NCBI GenBank assembly: GCA_045837725.1 | Contig: JBEWZL010000077.1 | Span: 372,001-436,000, forward strand | Direction: 5' to 3' | DNA from: Vermamoeba vermiformis | Lineage: Eukaryota | DNA length: 64,000 nucleotides | In this document: positions 52,401-64,000 of the stretch, one piece after another | Layout of the letters: the number at the start of each line of letters is the position of its first letter | How positions within the stretch are numbered: position 1 is the first letter of the stretch | Position numbers and translations under genes: made by a program | The notes under the pieces: generated by a model | Told to the model about the DNA's origin: nothing | Database searches by the model: none | What the model saw: the letters and a program-made list of their open reading frames with translations, nothing else

Positions 52401-52695
52401 TATTTTTTTGTAATAAATGGTGCCTAAGCAAGTAATAATCAATAACGCGGGCCAAACAAAAGTTATCAATTTATTAAAATGCATGTCAATTTTATTTCGG
52501 CCCAAAACCACCCTCACATTGCACCAAATAACAACGTGTTACTTACCTAAAATACGCCACTTTTTTTAATAATGTTTGGTAGGTGCAAGTCGATCCTTGA
52601 TCGTCAACCGCGATCCCTTGCGGCTGTTTCGTACAAACATTGATAATTGCAGTTAAAATATCGTCGTTCGCCTCGAAGTAATAGGAGAGGCTCAT
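49404..52695 (-). CDS. NRPS-like adenylation-thiolation-thioester reductase (A-T-R) enzyme
   Basis: A domain: AYVPLD, YIIYTSGSTGEPKGV, FDASISE, NVYGPTEAT, YKTGD, GRVDDQVKLRGQRIELQEIE. T domain: LFDLGINS. R domain: ILLTGATGYLG, GYAASKWVAE, IYRPG. Confidence 0.92.
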
Positions 52696-52840
52696 GGCCA
52701 GCGGTTGTCTGGTCGATCTGTTGTGCGCGCCAAAAAAGCCAAAATCACTTCCAAGAAAAAATTCAAACATTGTTTTTCTTGGCATTTCTTTTTTATTTTA
52801 TTTTTGAACGCGTACCGAGCTACCACAACTCATTTACACA

Positions 52841-55163
52841 ATGTCTGTCGAAATGGATAGCTTGAATATCACCAACGACGGTGAGGCATCCGCAGAGCTT
52901 TACGACAACGACGAGAACAACGAAACCGTCGACGATCGCGACTCAAAAAAGAAAGAAGAAGTAAAAGAAAATGGCAAGGGCTCTCAAGGAAAAGCTAAGA
53001 TCGATAAGGCAGCTACTAAGGACGAGAACAGCGCAGATGAGCAAGGTATTTATTTTTTGGCAATTAAAAAAGATTTATTAGAAATTATTTATGGATCATA
53101 AAATTGCTTGATCTAAGTTATTTAATTACGCGAGCTCAAATTTATATTTATAGAAAAATCTAAAGACGAAATGGATGTCGAGGAAGAAGAGGTAGCGCCC
53201 AAGAAGAAAATCTCTGCAGTTGCGCCCAAAACCTACAAAAGATTAAAGAAGGACGAAGACTCGACGAGTACTGACGAGAAGGCTAAAAAGAACGCGCGAG
53301 CTCCCTTGCATAACAAGCCGTCAGCATCCAAAGAAAAGCCAGCCGCAAAGAAAGTCGTCGAAGAAGAGAAGAACGAAGAAGACGATGAAAACACCAGCAA
53401 TGACGAGGTTGCTTCGAAGCCTGCGACCGAAAAGAAGCAGGATAAAGCTGCGGCCAAGGACGACAAAGCCGAATCCAAGAAGAAACCCGAGCTCGCGAAG
53501 AAAGAGAAGGCTGCTGTCGCTAAGAAGGAAGACGAGGATGAAAAGAGTGCTGATTTGATGGAGGACGATGAAGACGAGGCTACTGACGACGAGAAGAACA
53601 AAAAAGGCAAAAAATCTCCGGATGTGACGGAAAAGAAGCAAAAAGAAACAGAAAAAACCAAAAAGCCCGCGGCTAAGAAACAAGCTCCTGCTAAAGGTAA
53701 TTATTTATTGAATTTACCGTCCAGTTCTTAATTGCAGCATCGCTTTAATTTTTGCGATGATCTCGAGCCAGCATCGCGCTATTTCTCGTCTTGAACTTCA
53801 ATTTTTCAAATATTAACGATTTTCTTGATAATAGAAACTAAAGCCGAAGGCAAGAAAACTAAGCCTAAGAAGAAAGATGACGAAGAGGAAGAGAACGGCG
53901 ACGAAGACAAGATGGATGTAGTCATCGACGAAGAGAAGGAAAAGAAGGACAAGAAGCCACGAAAACAATCGACTGCCAACAAGAAAAAGAAGGCCGACGA
54001 CGATGAAGAGGAAGAAAAGGTACGTAATGCTCTTAGTAGTTACCTTTTTACCTTCGTGCTCATGTGTCTTTCTGACCAGCCCAAACCACGTGGTCGCAAG
54101 CGCAAGGCTGAAGACGACGAAGAACATGAGGCCGAGAAGTCGCCTAAGAAGAAGGCGAAGACCACTAAAGAGGCTGCATCGCCCAAGAAGAAGTCCGAGA
54201 CTGCCAAGTCCCCTGCCAAAAAGAAGAAGGCCTCGAACGAAGATGAAGACGAAGAGACTGAAAAGAAGACCAAGTCTCCGTCCAAAGAGAAGAGAAAACA
54301 AAATCCCGAGAAGAAACCTAAAGAAAAGGCTGCTAAAGAGAAGAAAAAGTCGTCAAAGGACGATGATGAGGGTACGTTGCAAGGATCCGACTTAAAATGC
54401 TCACTTTCGATACTAACGTCGCTTTGTGTAGAAGTTGAACGCAAGGTCGTCACCTACAGCAGCATTCCTGACGAGGATCGCAAGTTGTTGCAGGACCTCG
54501 CAAGCGAAAAGAAGTTCCGTACACGCATCGAGCTCAAGTCGGATTGGGACACTAACGTGACTCATTTGATCGTCGGTGACAAGCACGTGCGTACCATGAA
54601 AGTCTTGCAATCTATTTGCAATGGCGCGTGGATCTTGAAATGGAACTACATCACCAAGACCATTGAAGACAAAGAATGGTACGGCTATTAGAACTGTCCT
54701 ATGATCTGATTTGATTATTGACTTTAATGTCCGTAGGCCCTCTGAAGAGAAGTACGAAGCTTCCTCGTGGTTCCCTGGCTGCAAGAAGGCACGATTGGCC
54801 ATCGAGTCTGATGACCCCGAGAAAATGTTGTTGCACGGCAAGAAGATCTACTTGTTCGGCAAGAGCGATGAAAAGAAGTTCCCCAAGAAGAGCATTCAGG
54901 CTATGATTAAGGACTTGGGCGGCGCTGTTGTGGCCAACGACACGAGCTGCGACTACGTGATTAGCGGCGAGCCTATGCCGGCTGACGAGAAGCGCAAGGC
55001 GCCCGTTGTATCTGCTAAGGTATGATACAGGCGTCTACTATTATATCCCTATCATTTACTAATATTGCCTTATTAGTGGTTGTTCGACGCCATTGAAAAC
55101 TACGAGTTGCCAGATCCCAAAGACGAAGAGTACGCAGTCAAGGCCGAAAAGAAGGAGAAGTAG
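52841..55163 (+). CDS. Protein with long Lys/Glu/Asp-rich disordered region and C-terminal tandem BRCT domains
   Basis: VTHLIV..RTMKVLQSICNGAWILKWNYI and LLHGKKIYL..IKDLGG..VVSAK|WLFDAIE are BRCT-like. Confidence 0.75.
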
Positions 55164-55696
55164 ACAGCCCCTTCGTGTGAAAGGCCTTCCAATGTATAAA
55201 GACGGTTTATTGTTTATATAATAGTATGTAAATGTTTTTTAAGCGATCAAGATCTCTCGGTCAAAATGTCAACTCGTACTAGCCGTTTTTTTTTCGTTTG
55301 TGGCTTCTGTAACGCACCCACCTCAGTAACACCACTAAATCCTCATAAGGAGTTCTAATGAGACTATTGCACGACCACCTACAGCCGGGAAGTAGACTCG
55401 GAAGCTCTAAGTTGGAAGGATTTACTTTGTCTTCGCAAGTAAGAACCACGTAGTACTTTACTTTACCATGTTAGAATATTTGTGTTTTCATATTTTATTT
55501 CGATACCGCGAGCTTAATCAAGCATAGGGGAGTGCGGCTCCGATTTTTCGAATTTTTAGCCAATTATTTTTTCTGCAGCTTTTGAATAATTCATAGCCGC
55601 TAATTTCACACGGTATCTTTTCTTTGCCGTACACCGGCTTCACTCGCATAAAATCCAAGCGAATTTCAGTTGTTTTATTAATTGCAAAGAACGAAC

Positions 55697-58276
55697 ATGT
55701 CACAAGACGATCGAGAACCAAAACGAAGAAAACTGGAGCCTGGCCTTATTCAACAGAATAACAACACGATACAAACACCAATGTCCAATCTTTCGAAAGA
55801 AGATTTAGATTTTTTGGCCTTCAAGGCGTACAAGATTCGAAGGGATAGCATCCGCGCCACTACTGCAGCCAAATCTGGTCACCCAACGAGCTGCTTGAGT
55901 GCTGCCGATATTGTCTCGACACTCTTCTTCAAGGAGATGAGCTACGACCCTCAAGACATGCACAGCCTCAACAATGATCGACTCGTGCTTTCTAAAGGAC
56001 ACGCGATCCCAGTCATCTACGCTGCGTGGAAGAATGTCGGACTCATCTCCGACGAAGACTTGCTTAGCTTAAGAAAGGTCAATTCGCCCTTTGAAGGTAA
56101 GTTCTCGCTCTACAAGGCACTTGCTTCAGGATGGCCATCAAAAACTTTTCTACCATCAACTTCGTCCTTAGTTTACTTGAAAGTATCGATGATTAGCGCT
56201 TAATAAGAGCTATCATGTATATTACATAGGTTTTACTACAATTGCAAAGAATTGCAAGTCGGGTAATTGACGGAGAGATTTTTAGGACATCCCACTCCCA
56301 GATGGGCTCACAACGAAGCTTCTACCGGCTCTTTGGGTCAAGGTACGTGCATTCTAAATATCATGAATCATTATATACATAACAACAGCTTCCTTGAGTC
56401 TAACTCGATTTTCCTTAAGGTTTATCCATCGGACTTGGATTTGCTTTCAATGCCATAAGAAAGAAGATATCGGCTCGTACTTATGTTATTATGGGAGACG
56501 GCGAGATCGCCGAGGGATCCGTAAGTATATTTACTTGAATATCCGATGTGTTTTTGAGTTTGAGACCCGGGAGATCTAAGCCTTTGCCAGATTTGGGAAG
56601 CCGCCGAAATAGCCTCGCACTACGGCATCGATAACTTGGTCGGCATTGTCGACTGCAATAGATTAGGTCAATCTGGCGAATCATTGCACGAGCACGATGT
56701 CGAGAGGTTGAGAAAGAAGTGGGAGGCTTTTGGCTGGAACGCTATCGCGATAAACGGTCATGACCTGAATGAGATCAATGCCGCTCTTGTTAACGCCCGT
56801 AATACTAAAGGTACGTATATTTATGATCATTTTATGCGCCTGTTATTTGTAGCGAGTTTTTCGATGAAGTTTCAAATGCTGACCCGCGTTACAGGCAAAC
56901 CTACAGCCATTATTGCGAAGACTATTAAGGGCCATCCTTTGTCAATTCAAGATAAGAATGGTTTCCATGGCAAGCCTATTAGCGCCGAGGATATGCCGAA
57001 GAGATTGAAGGAGCTTGATGACAAGTAAGTCGGCTTGAAGTGTGCTTCCGTCGCAGATCTGAAGTCCTAATGTGTATCTCTAGGCACCCTGAGTTTGCTA
57101 ACTACAAGCCTAAAGAATGGAGTCCTCGAAAGCCAAGCGGTGGCGACGAAGTTGTTACGCACCCGAAGATGACAATCGATCTAGCCAAGGATCCTAAATC
57201 CGCCGAATTTGACAAGAAGATTGCTCCTAGAAAGGCATTTGGCTACGCGTTGGTTGCATTAGGCAAGGTCTGCGACAAAATTTGGGCTTTGGACGCGGAT
57301 GTAAAGAACTCTACGTACACGGAGTTTTTCGAGAAAGAATTCCCCGAACGATTCATTGAAGGCTTTATTGCCGAGCAAAATCTCGTTGGCATGTCCATCG
57401 GCTTGCAACTCCGCGGCGATATTCCTTTCTCAGCGACTTTTGGAGCCTTCTACACTCGTGCTTTTGACCAGCTGAGAATGGCAGGTATTGGCCGCAATGC
57501 TATTAGAGTTGCTGGCACACATTGCGGTGTTTCGATTGGTGCTGACGGGCCCTCGCAAATGGCACTCGAAGACATTGCTATGATTCGCACTATTCCTCAT
57601 TCTATCGTACTTTACCCCTCTGATGGCGTCTCTACCTACAAACTCACCGAGGTACGTGAATACAATATTAAGCTATCAATATGATACTAATAGTTGTGTA
57701 TAGTTGATGGCTAACTATCACGACGGTATATCGTACTTAAGAGCTACTCGTGCAGATCTCGATACTTTGTACGACAAGAACGAGAAGTTCGAGATTGGTG
57801 GCTGCAAGGTCTTGAAGCAAAGTGACAGCGATCAAGCGGTACTTATCGCTGCTGGCATTACTTTGCACGAGGCACTGGCTGCATATGAGTCCTTGAAGTC
57901 TGAAGGCACCAACGTTGCCGTAATTGACTTGTACTCGGTCAAGCCCTTGGACGCGAAGACTATTCGTGCCATCGCTAAGAAGTCGCAGAACCGCATTATC
58001 ACCATTGAAGATCATTACCAAGCTGGCGGCATTGGCGAGGCCGTCTCAGCTGAAGTTATCAACAACGTAAGCACTCGACTTTTGAACATTACAATCTTGA
58101 ATGCAATGAGTTCTAACGAGTGGTTCTAGGGTATTCGCGTCGAGACTGTCTGCGTGACTGATTTGTCTCGTTCAGGCGATGAAAGAGAGTTGATGGAGTT
58201 GGCTGGCATTGACCGCAAATCCATCGTCAAGCGCGCTAAGCAAATGTTCCAGAAACAAAAGTCCGAAGCGAGCTAA
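55697..58276 (+). CDS. TKT: Transketolase (animal-like short type)
   Basis: [75 protein letters not shown]. Confidence 0.93.
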
Positions 58277-58393
58277 GTAGAACTACAAACCCTAACCCTA
58301 ATTAGTTGATTACTATTCTATACTGCAAATGATTTTGAACGATTTTTCTGTATGGAATAAAATCCTTTTTTACTTTACACGTGCTTAAAACAT

Positions 58394-59827
58394 TTAATAG
58401 TAGTAAACAGGAGCAGCTTGTGGCGTGTAATAAGCGTTAGTAGGAGTCGTGGTGTAGTAAGGCATAGGAATATAGACGACTTGTTGCTGTTGTTGTTGTT
58501 GTTGCTGAACGGCAGGTCTGAAAGTCGCAGCTGAAGTGCGCGGCATAATCAATCTTTGCACTTCTTCGTCGCTGTCTTCATCTTCATCAATCTCGTCCTC
58601 GCTGTCGTAGTTCACGGTTGACGAGGTCTTAGTAGTCACGTGACTCTCCATGTAGTACTTGTACAGGTAGTACATGGACAGATCTGACAACAAGAACCAC
58701 CAGAACTCGCTGTTGAACCACTTAGTGAAAACAGCGCACAAAAGTCTAGAGAGCGGCGAATAGAATACGCTAGCTATATATACGATACATTAGTATTAAT
58801 CATTTTTTTAGCGGATCTTCGTTAGATCTTACCGAGACCAATAGTTCCGTAGCCGACACCAATAAGAAGCCATTCTATAATACACACGTTAGATATATGC
58901 CGTATTATTGTGATATATCCTTACTAAGTCCCAAACCGTTACTCTTGATGACGCGGATCAGCGTAATAATGCTGTACAGACCGCAGCTCACCGCGACTAC
59001 ACCCAAGTACAAGATCTTGAAGGCGTTGTGAATGTTATGCACCATCGCGTAGATCCAAGTGCCAATCATCAAAGCATAGCTGCCGAACATAATCTAAGTG
59101 ATATTAGACCGAGTCTTCTTCGCGGAAAAGAGATGCAGATCGAGCTTACCAAAGAAGACTTTGGGCTGTTTTTCATCGCGCCCATATCAAATAAAGCATT
59201 GAAACCGAAGCTCAAACCAATGCTGGAGGTAAGACCAACATCGATAATGCCAGTAATCTGCAGCTCTCATGAAAATTAGATTCGGAACTTTCGGATTCGA
59301 ATCTGTTGTAACTTACGGTTGCGGCTAAAGAGTGCGAAGAGTCTCCCAAAAAGCAATGGAAGATCATTGCATCAGTCATCATGCATCTAATAGGTTATAA
59401 GCATTGGCGTTGAGCAGATTCGGTGTACAAAAAATTACTTACGCAAACATAAAGAAGCTAGTAGAATACGCGGAAGAACTCTGACCGTTTGATCTCTTAA
59501 TTTTTAATCCGCAAAAAATACCAACAGCAGCGGCGAGGAGGCCTGGTAATATTTAAAATTAAATTAGAAAAATTGAAAATAAAAAATAACTAAATCCAAA
59601 ATTGAAGTTCGCCGTCGTGAGAAAAATATCTTATATCCAATACTATAATAATAAGGCTACTTACAAGTCGGAATTAATGAAGGGCTATTAATTGTCCAAT
59701 CGCCAAGCTGGATGTAAGTTCCACGGCAAGGATCAGTCGTGTGATTACCAGGAGTCGTCGCATTATAACTCCAGTCGTTTAAATAATCTTCAGTTACGAC
59801 TTGGCGAGTATAATCTTCAGCGTACAT
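58394..59827 (-). CDS. Multi-pass (about 7 TM) membrane protein; weak resemblance to Chs7-type export chaperones
   Basis: Several hydrophobic exons. C-terminal LLCAVFTKWFNSEFWWFLLSDLSMYYLYKYY followed by an acidic/Gln/Tyr-rich tail. Start uncertain. Confidence 0.55.
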
Positions 59828-60199
59828 AGTGTGGTCTTGCTGCACAAATCGAACTCAATAATCGGGACGAAAAGTCGCAAGACAAAACTGGTTCAACGGT
59901 CTCCATAGAAATAAGGCCTGGAACGTCAATTGATGAAAAAAGCGACTAAAATATACGTGTTGGCAGTATCAAAGAAGATGATGCACCTCAAATGGCTGAA
60001 GTTTGTGGATTTGGTCGAGGTTTAAAGTGTCGCAGTAGAGGCGTATTGCATTCTTGAGAGTTATTAGAATATTTGTCACCAATACGAAGCTCAAATTGCC
60101 ATTGCTGGCAGCAGGTAGAATGGACTGGATCTAGCCTAATGGGAGCAGCAGCAAGAATTAAGGACGAGTGGTCTGGACAGGCCCGAATATTGCTATTTA

Positions 60200-63100
60200 T
60201 TACACTACATCATCAGTATGTTCCTCTATGATAACATTACTATTGTTCTTATTCGTGCCTTGCTTGCGTTCTTTTCGAGCAACGGATCCAGATCCGCTCT
60301 TCGGCTTAGAACTGTTGATCGCTACCTCGCTATCTTCCAAGTCTATAGCCACGTCTGTATTATCAGAGGGCATCTTACTATCGAATAGCGCAGTAATATT
60401 GCTCAAAAACCGTTGCGCGTAACGCTTTGGTGGCTGCACTGAAATTCCTTCCTAGAAAATAAATACAAATTAGTGCTAATGCCCCAAAATGCAATATATA
60501 TATTCATATATATACATACCTTATCTTTTCTTAAGAAATAGACCTTGCAGCATCGTTCCATTTTCTTATTCTTGTCGTACAACTGCAGTACATCGATCAA
60601 GCCCAACAAATAAATCTCTTTGCCATCAATAGAGGCTACTCCGCCGTGGTGTGATCTTAATAGAGGTCTTGGCGATCTAATAATAACGGTTAGTACTTCA
60701 TATTCAAATGAGTTTTCGAGCGCATCTGGCTTACTTGGATGTGTCGCGTAACGGAATCGCCAATTTTTCTAAAATAAGAAGGTGAGTTATATAAATGTAA
60801 TATTGTGATGCCCTTACGTTGCATTTGCTTAATAATCGAGTCTTTTCGTCCTCGGTGAGCGGATGCGTTTGTTGGAACTTGCTCTTGCTCGTTATTATTA
60901 TTGTTTAATAGAGGCTGTTGTTCCTCCTTAATATTGACATTACTATTATCACCTTCTTCTACTATATTATTATCTTCAATCTTTTCTTCTTGGCTAGGCT
61001 CTTGCTCAATATTTGTATTATTAACATTGACGTTATTAATATTAACTCCGGCGCGTTTAAAGTACGGCGAGTCTTCGCGTTCTGTAAAGTGGAAGCCGAG
61101 CAATAAGCTGTAGTCCATAATACTAACACTTCTTAAGAACTATAATAATAAAAATTAGTCATCAAAAAAGTTTTTAGATCCGCTCAAAAGTCGAATGATT
61201 TTTAGCCTTAAGGAGGCCTCATATATTATTAATTAGTATAAGTACCTCGACATCGCGTTCTAGAATGTAATTTAGCTGAGATCTAACGTGCTGGCTCAAG
61301 TGTAATCGTCGGTTCAAGTCGAGATCCATGCCCAAAACAGATCTATCTTGTTCATGCTTTTTACCGACTTGACGATGAACCCACGAGCCCTAATAACACA
61401 ATTATTAATGCGACATATACGCAATAATACTATGAATGGGCGTACCTTGAGATCGTATTTCTCGTGGATCTTGAGGTCAGTACAAAACACGTTCTCCATT
61501 ACTACCAATCGGATAGGCTCAATTCCTTCAAGTTCCATCATACAGCATCCGTAGAATCGAATGATTAATGATTCAGGGTTGCGCGACAAAAACTAAAATT
61601 AGGTAATGAGTAAAAGTAAAGCGGATCTGAAGTCGATTTTTTTTCTTACCTTATACAGTCGTGGCAAGATTGATATTAACAATTCAGACTCATCCTTATT
61701 GATAGTCTTAATAATGAACTTCTTATCTGGCGAAAACACGAAGAAACTTCCACTTCTTCCTTCAGAGAATTTTTGATCTGAAAGCTTCGCCATAAAAGTC
61801 TCTGGATCCAACGATCGCTGCATAAAATATTAGAATAAACAGTGTCTATGACATATTAATGAACGCACCTTATAGTCCTCTAAGCTGATTCCGTTCATGG
61901 CCCGGATGTGTTGGAAAGCTAATGGCGCATAATCGTAAAATTGAAAATCGATTGTAGGAGCTCGCTTAGATTTAGGCGCATTCAATACTTTCTGCTGCGG
62001 TTGTTGAGGGTTGTTTTGTCCTAATAACGGTGTTTTTTCTTCTTGTCTAGGAGTTGAAACTGCTGGCGAACCGGATGCCGATCCGCTGCTGTTTTTTCGT
62101 TCAGGAATGTTGAAATGCTTCGGCGAATTATTGCCAAGCCCGGGGCTGTTACTCTTTGCCGTTTTTACATCATATTCTTCGTCTATCAATAATTTCTCTT
62201 TTTTGTTTCTGACTTTAATGTTCGCTGATTTAGCGGTGGATGTGACCACTACTTGTCGCTTGCCGGCATCCAATCCCGTCAACTCCCTAATATATAATCA
62301 TTATACATCATACATTATAAAAATAGAGATCCGTACACTTGTCGATGGTCATGAACGACTACTGTTTGAAAAGCAGGTAGATCCAACTGTCCTTTGACTT
62401 CAGCAACGCTATCGAACTAATAGTGGTAATATTAATATAGTTGTCTGTCTATACGAATATTAATCATTACGTACCGAAGAGTTGACACCGATTAAAATAC
62501 AATTAATAATGTTGGTGCGCATCCAGGTATCAATTCTGTTAATGTCGACTGAATCATCTTGCAATGTGTCTTCCAAGAACTTTGGCATGAGAGGAATGCG
62601 CTTGTCTTTAGTCAAGAAGCAGCTGAAGTATCGTTCGAGGATCTCCTCGCGGAACGGTACGAAGAAAGTAGGACTCGTTAACCAAACTAACGCATTAAGA
62701 GCACCCTAATAATATTATTAATATACTATACTACTACTAATAATATTTTAGTACGTACTTGCGATGTAATTGAAACTACGTCAATGTAAACTAAAATTCC
62801 GTTATCATCGTTCAACATATCATCAGGACTAAAAATAAAATAGTATTAATATACTATAGGCACTATAGTATTAATATACGCAATATTGCTTACGAAAAGA
62901 TTTGAATGAATCGATGTACCAAAGGGCCAGTCCAAAACATAATGAAAATAAATACGTAGAGCGTCATTCTAAATGCTACGCGACGATCATTTCCAAGTGT
63001 TTTAAGTCTTTGCAAGTATACTACGAGCGATGCGAATGAGACGCCAAAGTAAGCTAATAACGGCGCAAAAAATAGCAGCTTGTAGTACGGATCTGTATAC

Positions 63101-63830
63101 TCGGGAAACCAGCATCTAAATCAAACAATAATATTATTATACATGATATTGGATCGAATAGATATATCTAATTAAATAAACTGGTTTTTATAAAAGGAAA
63201 AAATATTCGAATTTTCTTTCAGAATCTTTAAGGCGGATCAGAACTAGAGAAAAGTATAGAAATCGATTAAAATATGCTACTTACGTTCCGTCGCCAGATT
63301 TACCAAAGCTTTGAGTCATGACCAACGCAGCAGTAGTTAAGGACGAAAGGCCCCATACCCAAACATGATAGAACTTTTCGTAACCGGCTGAATTGGTGAA
63401 CGGTGACTTCAATTTGATGATCAAGTTGAGCGATATTATAGCGTTCCATGAGACCGATGCTAAGGCCCAGAATTGCGCCCATCCGGCTAAATTCAGAAAA
63501 ATTAATAAAAACGAAAAAAGTTAGGTTGGAGATCGAAAGAGGATCTAACGAATATACGCATAATAGTACAATATTAATATTTTCGCATTTTAGTGATTAG
63601 AAATTACCTTGAAGAATGCAGAATTCATAAATATTCTGAAGCGAGGCAGATCCAGGGTATAAAGCGGTGGCAATAAACTTCAATGATAGCATAAAGTCTG
63701 ATAATGCTAAAAATACAACGAGAGTATGCGGATTCTCTCGTAGCTTTGATATTAATAGGGCAGATAAGATTATGCCAAAAGATCCAAAAGCTGACACCGT
63801 CGCTAGAGATCCGGCAATGCGATATAAGAT
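60200..63830 (-). CDS. rpkA: 7TM receptor fused to PIP 5-kinase (RpkA/GPCR-PIPK type); 5' end probably beyond the window
   Basis: TM region GSFGIIL..LRENPHTLVVFLALSDF..FCILQ, YGKSGDG..CWF. Kinase FYDYAPLAF, SEGRSGSFF..DKKFIIKT, KYDLK|GSW, MDYSLLLG, GLIDVLQLY. Confidence 0.87.
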
Positions 63831-64000
63831 CTAAATATAAGAATACTATATTAGTAATTATTATTTTATTAAAACAATGATTTGTGACACGAAATATTGA
63901 AAATAGAATCAAAAGATTGGATTCACAAAAAAAAAATATAACATTAAGCAGCGTTGATGGAACAGTAGATTTGTTTGATTGGAATTTAAGCTTATTTAAT

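Noticed and set aside
55697-58276. Transketolase as part of the riboflavin cluster (pentose-phosphate supply)
   Set aside because: About 38 kb away with many unrelated genes in between.
58287-58301. AAACCCTAACCCTAA telomere-like repeat
   Set aside because: Only two units in a 3' UTR; compatible with chance.

Overview
Gene-dense eukaryotic DNA with short GT-AG introns and CTAAC-type branch points. The gene content (GPCR-PIP5K fusion, vezatin-like protein, transmembrane TKL kinase) suggests an amoebozoan-like protist; this is inference. About 25 intron-containing genes can be reconstructed by hand. The standout is a two-gene riboflavin locus at 12.7-17.7 kb: a riboflavin synthase::RibD fusion and a RibB::RibA::lumazine synthase triple fusion sit head-to-head 234 bp apart. 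Together they encode all five enzymes of the bacterial rib operon. Other notable items: (1) a SWR1/Domino ATPase gene that appears to have two alternative C-termini (short AT-hook tail vs long SANT/Pro-rich tail); (2) a candidate H/ACA snoRNA and a second structured RNA upstream of UTP23; (3) an intact pogo-like DNA transposon with a TAA duplication inside an intron of an Ig-repeat receptor kinase; (4) a golgin-like protein with duplicated 255-nt exons and a GC-AG intron; (5) an NRPS-like A-T-R reductase; (6) two frame-disrupted small genes. All exon structures and family calls are by eye; no database searches were run.
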